In this document: positions 49,638 through 59,229 of the stretch, piece by piece | Layout of the letters: every line of letters starts with the position of its first letter | Numbering within the stretch: position 1 is the stretch's first letter | Assembly: GCA_965208575.1 (NCBI GenBank) | Contig: CBDBOV010000006.1 | Location: 832,001 to 896,000 of the forward strand | DNA from: Spirochaetia bacterium | GTDB lineage: Bacteria > Spirochaetota > Spirochaetia > SZUA-6 > Bin103 | Reading direction: 5' to 3' | Length of the DNA stretch: 64,000 nt | Notes under the pieces: generated by a model | Seen by the model: the letters and a program-made list of their open reading frames with translations, nothing else | The model's database searches: none | What the model was told of the DNA's origin: nothing | Made by a program: the position numbers and the translations under genes

Positions 49638-50610
49638 TGCCCGCGTCCTGGCCGGTCTGGTATGAAATCCGTGGATCGAGCCACGCGTAGGTCAGGTCGA
49701 CCCCCAGGTTGACCAGCAGCACGAATCCGGCAAAGAACAGGTTCACTCCGGAGACAATCGTGTAGTCCCGGTAGCTCAGGGCGTCCACCGCCAGCATGCC
49801 CATGCCCGGCAGTGCAAATATCTTCTCGATCACCACTTGGCCGCCAATCAGGACAGGAATCATCAACCCGATGTAGGTGATCACCGGGATCAACGCGTTC
49901 TTGAGCGCGTGCCTGAACACCACGAGCCGTTCCCGGAGACCCTTCGACCAGGCGGTCCGGACGTAGTCCTGGCGCAGCACGTCCAGCATCATGGTGCGCG
50001 ACATCCTCATGGTGACGCCGGACATGCTCATGCCCAGAACGATTGCCGGAACCAGGACCGTTTTCAGGTTTTCCAGCGGATCCTCGGAAAAGGGGACATA
50101 CAGCACGGGCGGCGACCAGTTCCACCAGATGGACGGGTACACCATGACCATGGTTGCCAGCCAGAAACCGGGAACGGCGATGCCGAATATGGCGAAGGTG
50201 CGGCCCACGTAGTCGCCGATCGTGTCCTGCCGCAAGGCGGAGTAGACGCCGATCGGTACCGCCACCAACTGCGACAGGATGAGGGCCAACAGTCCAACTT
50301 CGAAAGAGACCGGGATGCGGCGCAGTATCTCCTCGGTGATCGGCGTCTTCCAGCGCAGCGAGTTGCCCAGGTCGCCATGCATCAGGATATTGCCGATCCA
50401 GCGCACGTATTGGACGTGAGCCGGCACATCCAGTCCCAGCATCTTTTCCAGCCGCTCGCGGTCGATGTTGCCGATGCCGCCGCCCAATTCAGACAACGTC
50501 AAGGTTATTATGTCACCGGGAATGAGCCGAACGGTGAAAAAGACGATGAGCGTGACTATGAAAAGGGTGGGGATGACGAGCAGCGTCCGTCTGATCAGGT
50601 ACCCGGCCAT
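49630..50610 (-). CDS. Peptide ABC permease (DppB-like)
   Basis: RLIPGD, QDYVRTAWSKGL, HALKNA, EKIFALPG, LDPRI. Confidence 0.92.
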   Translation of the reverse strand: MAGYLIRRTLLVIPTLFIVTLIVFFTVRLIPGDIITLTLSELGGGIGNIDRERLEKMLGLDVPAHVQYVRWIGNILMHGDLGNSLRWKTPITEEILRRIPVSFEVGLLALILSQLVAVPIGVYSALRQDTIGDYVGRTFAIFGIAVPGFWLATMVMVYPSIWWNWSPPVLYVPFSEDPLENLKTVLVPAIVLGMSMSGVTMRMSRTMMLDVLRQDYVRTAWSKGLRERLVVFRHALKNALIPVITYIGLMIPVLIGGQVVIEKIFALPGMGMLAVDALSYRDYTIVSGVNLFFAGFVLLVNLGVDLTYAWLDPRISYQTGQDAGSE

Positions 50611-50698
50611 GTTCGCTTCCCGCCGCTAGGGTCGCCGCTCGAATGCAGCCGGAGTTTCGCCACGGGCTGCCAGCAGTCTACACCACCCCGGCAGCATG

Positions 50699-51664
50699 TC
50701 AACTCGCTCCCGCCCGCTCCCTCCGGCCGGTGCCCCGTGCATCGCGCGCGGCAGCCCGGCTGACGCCGCGGCCTCCCATCCTTCCGCTGGCGCCGCGCAG
50801 CCGGGGGTCGAGCAGGTCGCGCAGCGTGTCGCCGAACATGTTCAGGCAGTACACCACCAGCGCCAGGCAGAACCCGGGCCAGAACGCCAGGCTCGGCGCG
50901 CGTTCCATGTAGCGCCGCCCCTCGTCGCTGAGCATCCCGCCCCAACTGGGAATCTCCGGCGGCAGGCCGAACCCCAGGAAGCTCAGTGACGCCTCCGCCA
51001 GGATCACGTACCCGATGGTGGTCGAGAACAGGATGATCACCGGCGGCACCACGTTGGGCAGCACGTGGCGCAGCAGGATCTTCAGGCGGCTGGTGCCGAT
51101 CGCCTCCGCGGCGGTGAGGTAGGCGTTCTCCTTGATGCCGATCACGGCGCCGCGGATCACGCGCGAGGCCTGAATGCCCGAATAGGTGCCGACGATCAGG
51201 ATGATCTGCAGCATGCCCGGCCCCACCAGCGACATGATGGTGATCAGAAGCAGGATGCCCGGAATGGCCATGAACGCATCCACGAAGCGCTGCACGGCGA
51301 TGTCGAGCCGGCCGCCCAGGAAGCCGGACGGCACGCCGATCAGGATTCCCAGGCCGGTGCTCAGGGTGGTGGCGGTGAGGCCGATGGTCACCGAGATGCG
51401 CGCTCCGTGCATCAGGCGGCTGAACAGGTCGCGCCCGAGTTGGTCGGTGCCGAGCCAGTAGGTGGCGGACGGCGGCTTGAGGCGGTCGGTCATGCGCACC
51501 GCGTTCACGTCGTGCGGCGCGAGCTGGTCGGCGAAGATGCCGGCAAACAGCATCAGCACCACCACGCCGCCGAACACCGCCCCGGCCGGCTTGCGGCGCA
51601 CCAGTTCGCCCAGGAACGCGACGAAACCGGTCCCGCGCGCAGTCGGTTCCCGTGCGCTACTCAT
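50699..51664 (-). CDS. Peptide ABC permease (DppC-like)
   Basis: LGTDQLGRD, RHVLPN, EASLSFLG, DTLRDLLDPR. Confidence 0.92.
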   Translation of the reverse strand: MSSAREPTARGTGFVAFLGELVRRKPAGAVFGGVVVLMLFAGIFADQLAPHDVNAVRMTDRLKPPSATYWLGTDQLGRDLFSRLMHGARISVTIGLTATTLSTGLGILIGVPSGFLGGRLDIAVQRFVDAFMAIPGILLLITIMSLVGPGMLQIILIVGTYSGIQASRVIRGAVIGIKENAYLTAAEAIGTSRLKILLRHVLPNVVPPVIILFSTTIGYVILAEASLSFLGFGLPPEIPSWGGMLSDEGRRYMERAPSLAFWPGFCLALVVYCLNMFGDTLRDLLDPRLRGASGRMGGRGVSRAAARDARGTGRRERAGAS

Positions 51665-52619
51665 GGCGCACCCGCGGGTCGAGCCACGAGTAGGTGATGT
51701 CGGTGAGCAGGTTGACCAGCACCACCACGGCGGCGAACACCACGTTGATGCCCGACACCAGCGGGTAGTCGCGCCGCCCCACGGCGTCCACCAGCAGGCG
51801 GCCCATGCCGGGCAACTGGAAGATCTCCTCCACGATCACCGCCCCGCCGATCACGACCGGAAGCTGCACCGCCACGTGCGTGAGCACCGGAATGGTGGCG
51901 TTCTTGACCGCGTGCCGGATCACCACCAGGCGCTCGGAGAGGCCCTTCGACCAGGCGGTGCGGATGTAGTCGGCGCGCAGCACCTCCAGCATCATGGTGC
52001 GCGTCATGCGCATGCTCAGGCCGGCCAGCGCGGTGCCCAGCACCACCGCCGGCAGCAGCACGTGGCCCAGGTGGCCGATCGGATCCTCGACCAGCGGGTT
52101 GAGCTCGATCGGCGGCGCCCAGCCCCACCACACCGACGGGTAGATCATCACCATCGTGCCGGTCCAGAACGGCGGCACCGACACCAGGACGATCGCCACG
52201 GAGCGCGCCAGGTAGTCCGCCACGCTGTCCTGGCGCACCGCCGAGTAGATGCCCACCGGCAGCGACACCAGCAGGCTGACCACGATCGCCATCGCGCCCA
52301 GCTCCAGGGTCACCCCGATGCGCTGCCGGATCAGCACCGACACCGGCTCGATCGCCATCAGCGGATCGCCGAAATCGCCGCGCAGCACGATGTCGCCGAG
52401 CCACGCCAGGTACTGGACGTGCAGCGGCCGGTCCAGCCCCAGCGCCGCCTCCAGCGCCTCTCGGGAGGGCAGATTGGCGCGCCCGCTCACCGACATCTGC
52501 GCGAACATCACGTCGATCACGTCGCCCGGGATCAACCGCACCGACAGGAACACGATGACGCTGACGATCAGCAGCGTCGGGATCAGCAGGAGTACGCGTC
52601 TGAGGATATAGGTATACAT
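51657..52619 (-). CDS. Peptide ABC permease (DppB-like)
   Basis: RLIPGD, DYIRTAWSKGL, HAVKNA, LDPRV. Confidence 0.92.
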   Translation of the reverse strand: MYTYILRRVLLLIPTLLIVSVIVFLSVRLIPGDVIDVMFAQMSVSGRANLPSREALEAALGLDRPLHVQYLAWLGDIVLRGDFGDPLMAIEPVSVLIRQRIGVTLELGAMAIVVSLLVSLPVGIYSAVRQDSVADYLARSVAIVLVSVPPFWTGTMVMIYPSVWWGWAPPIELNPLVEDPIGHLGHVLLPAVVLGTALAGLSMRMTRTMMLEVLRADYIRTAWSKGLSERLVVIRHAVKNATIPVLTHVAVQLPVVIGGAVIVEEIFQLPGMGRLLVDAVGRRDYPLVSGINVVFAAVVVLVNLLTDITYSWLDPRVRHE

Positions 52620-52647
52620 CGGCGCGCGCGGCGAACTCGGGGAATCA

Positions 52648-52692
52648 GAAAAACGAGGCCGTCATCCCGCGGTCTGATGCGGGATGACGGCC
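52648..52692 (-). terminator. Stem-loop with T tract between the binding-protein and permease genes
   Basis: GGCCGTCATCCCGC...GCGGGATGACGGCC, followed on the minus strand by TCGTTTTT. Confidence 0.7.
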
Positions 52693-52748
52693 CGGAATAC
52701 AGGATCGTAGATCAACCAGGATCGAAGATCCAACCAGAATCGAAGCCG

Positions 52749-54560
52749 TCAGTATCCCATCGACTCCTTGAGAGGCTGGTCGACCCACACGCGGGCGAAC
52801 ACCTGGCCGAAGCCGTAGTCGGTGCCGAGGCGGAACTCGCCGCGGTAGCTCTTCAGCCACGGCCACCACACGCGGTAGTTGCCGTTCATGGCCAGCGGTA
52901 TGAGCCAGTGTTCTTTCATGACCCGGTCGTTGGTGGCCGTCAGGTTGGCCACGTAATCGTCGATGTCCCCGGAGGCGAGTCCGGCCCTGTAGGTCGCGTC
53001 GTAGGTCTCGTCGTCATGGCGTCCGATGTTCCACGGGAAGGGATCGCCGCCGCGCCCGAAGAAGTGGTTCATCGACCCGTCGACGCCGGGATAGGCGGCC
53101 CCGAATCCCTTCGGCGCCATCTGCTCTAGCTGGCCGCCCATCACGTGTTCGTTGTAGGCGGTCGGCTCCATGGTCTTGATCTCCATCTCCACGCCGATCT
53201 CGGCAAAGTAGCTCTGCGCGATCCGGAACAGGTCCAGGTCGTCCGCGGAGCTGATCACCAGGGTGGTCTTGAACCCGTCGGGATAGCCGGCCTCGGCGAG
53301 CAGTTCGCGCGCCCGCTCCGGGTTGTACTGGAATGCCTGCTGGACCCGCTCCGGCATCTCGTCGAACGGAGTGTAGTAGCCGGTCACGCACGACCAGCAC
53401 ACGAAGTTGTCCTCCATCAGCGAGTTCAGCACCCCGCCGCCCCAGGTCGCCGCCAGCTCGTCGCGGTTGATCGCCATCTGCAGCGCCTCGCGCACCCGGA
53501 TGTCGGGATAGAACGGCTCCGCGCCGTGGCGCATCACGATGCTCTGGCCGGTCATCGCGAACTGCTTGTACTGGAGGTCGGGATGAGTCTTCTCCAGGCT
53601 GTCGCGCTCCTCCCAGGTCACCCCGACGTCGGTGAAGTTCAGCGGGCCGAGCGCGTCGATCTGAGCGGAGCGCAGGGCCGCCAGCTTGGTGGCCTTGTCC
53701 GCGATGAACACCTGCTTGTACTCGTCGACATAGGGAAGCTGGAACTGCTGATCCGGGAACAGCTCGTCATGGCCCCAGTAGTTGGGATTGCGCACCCAGG
53801 TCAGCGAGGTGCCCGGGTTGTAGTCCTGGATCATGAACGGGCCGGTGCCGCGGAGGTTGGTCAGCACCTTGCTGTCTTCGCCGAACTCCTCGATCACTTC
53901 GCGCGGCGGGGCGATCGTGTCGGCCCAGCCGGCGACCAGAAACAGGTACAGCACGAACGCGTTGGCCGGGTGCTTGAACTCCACCGTGTACTTGTCTATC
54001 GCCTCGACCGACTCCATGGTCTCGAAGAACGTGTGGCCGTTGAACGGCGATTTCTCGTACACGCCGCCGACGCCGTAGATGCGCTGGAAGTGAAAGACCA
54101 CGTCGTCCGCCACGAACTCGCGTCCGTTGACCGGCGGCAGGTCGTGCCAGTGCACCCCCTGGCGCAGGTGGAAGATCGTGGTATTGGCGTCCGGCTGCTC
54201 CCAGCTCGCCGCCAGGCCCGGGACCGCCGTGCCGGGTGACCACCAGGCCGAGTAGTCCTCGATGCTGCGGTCCGCCGCCCAGTCGTTGGCGCCCAGCCGT
54301 TCCGCACCGGGCGAGTTGGTCATCGCCGCCCAGCCGTAGTAGTTGTCGAAGCCATGCTCTTCCGTCTCCGGAACGCCGATAAAGGTGATGGTGCCACCGT
54401 ACTCGGGCTTCTCCTGCATCTCGCCCCAGACGTTTTCGATCATCTCCCGTTCCGGCAGCGCCGCCTGCTCCGCCTCGCCGGTCGCCCACGCGGCACCGGC
54501 CACGAGCCCGAGCATCAGAACCACCGCCACCGGGCTCTTCCATCTGCAACAACGCATCAC
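52749..54560 (-). CDS. Peptide/nickel ABC substrate-binding protein (family 5)
   Basis: AAGGAGG RBS, WATGEAE signal, LAASWEQ, GREFVADDVVF, GTGPF, RNPNYW. Confidence 0.92.
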   Translation of the reverse strand: MMRCCRWKSPVAVVLMLGLVAGAAWATGEAEQAALPEREMIENVWGEMQEKPEYGGTITFIGVPETEEHGFDNYYGWAAMTNSPGAERLGANDWAADRSIEDYSAWWSPGTAVPGLAASWEQPDANTTIFHLRQGVHWHDLPPVNGREFVADDVVFHFQRIYGVGGVYEKSPFNGHTFFETMESVEAIDKYTVEFKHPANAFVLYLFLVAGWADTIAPPREVIEEFGEDSKVLTNLRGTGPFMIQDYNPGTSLTWVRNPNYWGHDELFPDQQFQLPYVDEYKQVFIADKATKLAALRSAQIDALGPLNFTDVGVTWEERDSLEKTHPDLQYKQFAMTGQSIVMRHGAEPFYPDIRVREALQMAINRDELAATWGGGVLNSLMEDNFVCWSCVTGYYTPFDEMPERVQQAFQYNPERARELLAEAGYPDGFKTTLVISSADDLDLFRIAQSYFAEIGVEMEIKTMEPTAYNEHVMGGQLEQMAPKGFGAAYPGVDGSMNHFFGRGGDPFPWNIGRHDDETYDATYRAGLASGDIDDYVANLTATNDRVMKEHWLIPLAMNGNYRVWWPWLKSYRGEFRLGTDYGFGQVFARVWVDQPLKESMGY

Positions 54561-54715
54561 GTTACCTCCTTGCGTCACTGTGTGAGTGCCCTCTCCTTAC
54601 CACGCCCCGCCCCCGTGGTCAATTCCCGCGACCCCCGGCGCACCCGGCGCGCTACCCCGCCGAGCGGCGGTTGAGCCATGCCACCGTGTCAGCGCTCGGG
54701 ACACCTTCGCAGAGG

Positions 54716-55147
54716 TCAGCGCAGGCGTTGCAGGAACCACCAGTGGTGGCCCTCGGGGTCGCGCGCCTCGTAGCTGCGGTCCACCCAGTAGCCGTCGCCG
54801 TAGTCGTCGGTGGCCGGCTCCACCGTGATCGCCGCGCCGGCGGCGCGCGCCCGCTCGCAGTGGGCATCGACGTCGTCGACGTACACGGCCAGCGACTGCG
54901 TGTTGGCGCCGCCGACCGCCAGCGGAGAGCGCGGGTACGTCCGGTCCGGGTGCAGGCCCACCTGACCCACCATGATGAGCCCGCCGTCCAGGACAAGCTG
55001 CGAGTGGACGATCTGCCCCGCGTCGTTCTCGACCCTCTCCCGCACCGCGAAGCCAAAGGCGTGGGCCAACCAGTCGATCGCGGCCGCCGCATCGTCGTAG
55101 AACACGGCCGGCGCAATCCTCGGCCAGCCGTCAGGCGGATTCTTCAT
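54716..55147 (-). CDS. VOC/glyoxalase family protein
   Basis: AAIDWLAHAFG, VYVDDVDAHCERA, RDPEGHHW. Confidence 0.9.
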   Translation of the reverse strand: MKNPPDGWPRIAPAVFYDDAAAAIDWLAHAFGFAVRERVENDAGQIVHSQLVLDGGLIMVGQVGLHPDRTYPRSPLAVGGANTQSLAVYVDDVDAHCERARAAGAAITVEPATDDYGDGYWVDRSYEARDPEGHHWWFLQRLR

Positions 55148-55161
55148 CTCATCTCCTTCGT

Positions 55162-55587
55162 CTATTCGAGGTGAACCAGCCGATGATTGAAAACCCGCTG
55201 CAGCTTGACGATGGTTTTCAGCGTCGGATTCGACTTGGCCGGATCTTCGATCCTCTGATATGTCTGATAGGCGATACCGAGCTGTTTGGCCACGTCGGAC
55301 TGCGACATCCCGCGTGCCTCGCGACTTCGTTTGAGCCAGATAGCAAATCCCACGCTCGTCTCCGGTTCGATCGGAAACACGTTGTCGCCGGCGAGTTCGG
55401 AGCTTGCCGGCACCTTGAGCTTGCGGCTGTCGATCGACTCCAGGTACGCACTCAGCGCCTCTCGTGCGTTGTCCTTCGCTTCCTCAAGGGTATCGCCGAA
55501 CGTCAGGCACCCGGGAAGGTCGGGGAAGCTGACGTTGTATGCGTCGTCCGCGCGGTCGTATTCAATCACCGCCGGGTAACAGATCAT
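55162..55587 (-). CDS. hicB: HicB antitoxin with C-terminal XRE HTH
   Basis: YPAV...VSFPDLPGCLTFGDTLEEA; SQSDVAKQLGIAYQTYQRIE. Confidence 0.92.
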   Translation of the reverse strand: MICYPAVIEYDRADDAYNVSFPDLPGCLTFGDTLEEAKDNAREALSAYLESIDSRKLKVPASSELAGDNVFPIEPETSVGFAIWLKRSREARGMSQSDVAKQLGIAYQTYQRIEDPAKSNPTLKTIVKLQRVFNHRLVHLE

Positions 55588-55763
55588 CGGATCCCCGCCT
55601 CCTTGAGGATAGCGTTCAGCGTCCCCTTGGGAACGTCTCGCGAGCCGTGCACCGGTACCGAAATGGTCGCGGCTTCCTTAACCATCATGTGGTGCGAACC
55701 ACGTACCCGATCCAGCCGCCAACCGTTGGCGCGCAAGAGCCTCAGCAGATCGCGGCCGCTCAC
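55584..55763 (-). CDS. hicA: HicA mRNA interferase toxin (59 aa, absent from the ORF track)
   Basis: Translates to MSGRDLLRLLRANGWRLDRVRGSHHMMVKEAATISVPVHGSRDVPKGTLNAILKEAGIR; ATGA overlap with hicB. Confidence 0.92.
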   Translation of the reverse strand: MSGRDLLRLLRANGWRLDRVRGSHHMMVKEAATISVPVHGSRDVPKGTLNAILKEAGIR

Positions 55764-55769
55764 ACTGGG

Positions 55770-55798
55770 ATATTACAGCATTAAAGCTGTACATACAA
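55770..55798 (-). promoter_or_regulatory. hicAB promoter with an embedded palindromic operator
   Basis: TTGTAT-17 bp-TAATAT 6 nt before the GTG; TACAGC-N6-GCTGTA palindrome between the boxes. Confidence 0.7.
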
Positions 55799-55891
55799 GA
55801 TAGTAGATGATACCAACGCCGTTTCAGCCGCACTCCGCGCGGCCCGGGAGCTGAGCCGCGCGAGTCGGCTACGGTGCAGATCAGCGGCCAC
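55781..55891 (-). pseudogene. 36-codon 5' stub of the partner gene of the AbiEi-like protein
   Basis: GTG overlaps the upstream gene end; VAADLHRSRLARLSSRAARSAAETALV runs into the hicAB promoter. Confidence 0.45.
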
Positions 55892-56903
55892 TGGTCACCC
55901 TCCGTAGATGCTCGGCGGCTTCCTCGCCTCTGACGCCAACTACGCGCAGATCCGCGTAAACCCTGGGCCACGGGGCAACGCGCAGGCCGCCTTGCATCAC
56001 CGCAAGCCGCCTGGTGGTGACCGTCGGAAACGGACGCAGAGTGAGCCGGCCTCCTTCAATCGGCCGCAATCCGACCTGAGATGCCACCGACTCGAGTGCG
56101 GGAATAGTTTCCCTGTCGACGTAGACTTCGGCAGTCGTCACCGTCGTGAGGTAGGGTGCAAGGACCATAGCCGCCAAGGAGCCGGTGGCCGCCCACAAGA
56201 TCCCCGTGCTCGACCACTGGTGGCCGGTGCGGCTCAAGCCTGCCTCAAGATCGCGCCACGTAACTCCTACCGTGAGAGCCGGCACCGGAGCCATCGCCGC
56301 GGCGGCGGAAGCGTACTCGTCCAGCAATCGGTCGGAGTCCAAAACGGAACGCCCAGAGTTACGCCCACGGCGTGCCATCGCGCCCAAGAGCCCGAGGTCG
56401 CCGAGCGAACGGAGCGCGTTGGCGGCGGCTCCCGCGGACAACCCGGTCGTTTGCCGAACCGCGTTGACGGTAGCCTTTCCGCCCCACAACAACGCCTCGG
56501 CAACCGCCAGCACGGCGGGAGTCCAGCGGGGTGGCTTGGGCGGAGGCTGCACCGGACGCCCGCTCCTGGAGACGATCAACGATCTCAACGCGATCTCTGC
56601 GGCGCCGGTCTCATCTACCCAGCCTACACCCTCCGCGGAGAGCGTCTCGCGCGCGCCGGGTGACATGCGGCGGGCCACCACTACTTCCGGAAGGCGCTTG
56701 CGGTCGGCGATCAACTCCCGGGCTTGCCGCAGTCCGCCCTCGCCGATCCACCTGGCCGTTACGCTCATCCCGTTGATCTCGAGGCTGACGGTATGACCCT
56801 CCGCACGGCGACGCCGCACCGTGACCGACCGCGGGAGCACTGCCACAACGGCGACTTCCAAGCGTTGGGCTATACTGCTACTGGCGCGGACCTCAGACTT
56901 CAT
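55881..56903 (-). CDS. Type IV TA AbiEi-like antitoxin / transcriptional regulator
   Basis: GWVDETG, HTH region, C-terminal PRVYADL...RGEEAAEHL. Confidence 0.75.
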   Translation of the reverse strand: MKSEVRASSSIAQRLEVAVVAVLPRSVTVRRRRAEGHTVSLEINGMSVTARWIGEGGLRQARELIADRKRLPEVVVARRMSPGARETLSAEGVGWVDETGAAEIALRSLIVSRSGRPVQPPPKPPRWTPAVLAVAEALLWGGKATVNAVRQTTGLSAGAAANALRSLGDLGLLGAMARRGRNSGRSVLDSDRLLDEYASAAAAMAPVPALTVGVTWRDLEAGLSRTGHQWSSTGILWAATGSLAAMVLAPYLTTVTTAEVYVDRETIPALESVASQVGLRPIEGGRLTLRPFPTVTTRRLAVMQGGLRVAPWPRVYADLRVVGVRGEEAAEHLRRVTSGR

Positions 56904-57031
56904 ACCTCGCCAAGAATGATACTACACACTCACTGTGAAGTATACCTATTCAGTGGACATTATCACGGCCCCTCGGTAGCTGCGGCCGTCACCGGCGCTA
57001 AAGTACATCCACAAAGTCGACTCCGTCCTGC

Positions 57032-58066
57032 TCAGTCCGTGGACTGTTCGTTCACCGTTCGGGGTGTTCGGCCGAGCAGGCGGGTCAGGCCGAGGATGGC
57101 GCCGATGATGGCGGCCAGGGCGAATACGGCGGCGTAGTCGATCAGGGGGATGCGCAGCACTTCGTTGAGCCGGCCCCAGCCGAGGGGCGCGTACACGGCC
57201 AGCACGCCGGCCACGTAGGCGGCCAGCACCAGGGCGCGCACCGGCCGTGACCAGCCGAGCCCGTGCATCTGCGTGATCACGAAGATGCCGCCGAAGCCGA
57301 ACGCGAACATCGGCCACATGCCCTCGCCCTGGTTGATCGCCACCAGGGTGCCGTGGGCGAGCACCGCCACCTCCAGGGCGAGCGTCCACCAGCGGTTCAC
57401 GTGCGCACGGGTCAGGAACAGGCTGCCCTGCAGGAGCAGCAGGAAGATGTACAGGAATCCGATCAGGTGCCCGCCGGTGGCCTCCATCGGGTGGTACCAG
57501 AACGTGTACACGATGGCCCAGGCGAAGTAGTAGCCGTGGTAGCGCCGCGCCGCTTCGGTGAGCCGGCGCGGGAACCCGACCCGCTTCCCGAAGAACAGGC
57601 CGCGGCGCGGATTCTCCATCAGCAGCACCCAGACCAGCATCACCACCACCGACCCGAGCGCGCTCCAGATCGACACGTCCTGCGCCAGTCCGTCGTACCA
57701 GAGGTGGGTCTGCACCAGGTGCAGCACCACGAAGAACCCGTTCACGCCGAGCGCCAGGTAGTTCACGGTGCGCAGCGACCTGCTGTAGCGGGGCCGGCTG
57801 CGCCCGACCGTACGTTGCGCGTAGGCGATCAGCGCCCAGAACGAGACCTGGTGCAGCAGGTAGAAGCCCCACGCCGTCAGGCGGCTGGCCGCAGTCGGCT
57901 CGATCAGCTTCCAGTAGTACCAGGACGCACCGGCGTCGGCAGCGTGCGGCACGTCGGCCAACCGTCCCGCGAGCAGCCAGATCAGCCCCGTGAACGCCAG
58001 GCTGGCGGCGGTCCCGATGGCCAGAGCCCGGTACGCCGACCCGGCCAACCGCTCCCGGCCCGCCAT
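57032..58066 (-). CDS. Uncharacterised multi-pass membrane protein, His/Trp-rich
   Basis: About 9 hydrophobic segments; YLLHQ, LHLVQTHLWYDG, YHGY, WYHPME. Confidence 0.8.
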   Translation of the reverse strand: MAGRERLAGSAYRALAIGTAASLAFTGLIWLLAGRLADVPHAADAGASWYYWKLIEPTAASRLTAWGFYLLHQVSFWALIAYAQRTVGRSRPRYSRSLRTVNYLALGVNGFFVVLHLVQTHLWYDGLAQDVSIWSALGSVVVMLVWVLLMENPRRGLFFGKRVGFPRRLTEAARRYHGYYFAWAIVYTFWYHPMEATGGHLIGFLYIFLLLLQGSLFLTRAHVNRWWTLALEVAVLAHGTLVAINQGEGMWPMFAFGFGGIFVITQMHGLGWSRPVRALVLAAYVAGVLAVYAPLGWGRLNEVLRIPLIDYAAVFALAAIIGAILGLTRLLGRTPRTVNEQSTD

Positions 58067-58209
58067 CTCGCCTGCGCTGCGTCCCACTTCAACCAATGTC
58101 GAAGCCGCACCCGCCGGCGGTCAACAGTCGAGGATCTCCATGACGTTCCTTCGCCGCTCCAGCAGCCACGAGAGGCCGCGGTTGTTCTGATCATCGGCGG
58201 CCGTGCGGA

Positions 58210-58490
58210 CTACACGGACGGAGGTGGTTCGACACGTTCGGCGAGGGACTGGAAGAATGTGTATCCCACAGTTCCAGTTCCGCGTCGTCGCGGATGAACG
58301 GGCGGACGTCGTGTTTTGCCTGATCGAAATCCACCTGCCCGAATCTTTGCCGCAGGAGCCGGCGCAGTTGCGGGATGTCCAGTTCGCGGTCCCGCTGCCA
58401 GTGACCGGTCTGCGTCATGCGGGCCTGCAGATGGCGGTCGTTGCAGGGGATCTGCCGCCCGAGATACCAGACCAAGTCGGGCGCCCGGTG
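58210..58490 (-). pseudogene. C-terminal remnant of an AbiEii-type nucleotidyltransferase toxin
   Basis: DLVWYL...LQARMTQTGHW...VDFDQAKHDVRPFIRD...LELWD, then a frameshift into FFQSLAERVE. Confidence 0.65.
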
Positions 58491-58522
58491 AACGCCCGGT
58501 GAACGCTGGGCCAGAATCGCTG

Positions 58523-58551
58523 TTGACGTTTCTTGCGCGGCGCCCCATACT
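58523..58551 (+). promoter_or_regulatory. Near-consensus sigma70 promoter
   Basis: TTGACG-17 bp-CATACT. Confidence 0.6.
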
Positions 58552-59229
58552 ACCAACTCACGATTCGACGGATGGTGATGAAGCGCCACGACGACAGTAC
58601 GCGCAGTAACCGGCTGGCGGTGAGGCAGCCGGTGCGTCTGAATCCCCCCCCCAACTTTTCGAACAGAGAAACAACTAACCGCTCCGGCTGATCGCCCCGT
58701 ACGTGCCCCCGCGCACGCCGTCGCCTTCACCACCGCCGTAGCTATCCGTGGCGCCGACTCGGTCGATCGCCGGGCCGCCCACGCCGTTCTCGTCGACCGC
58801 GACCGTGCCGGATCCCCACCTGCGATACCCCCGGCGTTGCCGGCCATTCAGACTCGCTGCTTCGCCGACTACCGCCGCGCGCGGTGTTGTGACCCAGCTC
58901 CCGACCTCCGGCGAGCGGTCGGCGTCTGCACGATCGGGAGCACACCCGCTGCGTGCACCGCACCCCATCTTACGTCTATTGCCGGCCCGAGACAGGCAGC
59001 TTCCGTCACGCATCTGGCAGGGCACCCTGTGCCCCATGTGAGGAGGTGCAAATGAAACTCAAAGAACCGCACGCGCGCGCGGCGTGAGCCCGGGTGAACC
59101 CGGATGAGTCACACGCCGCGCGCCTCACAAATTGACGCAGACTGGCCGTCCGCGTTGCGGGCCCGAGAGTAGCCAGGGAGCGGTACTCCGCTACGCAATA
59201 CTCTCGAAATAACATTCAAGGAAGAAACG

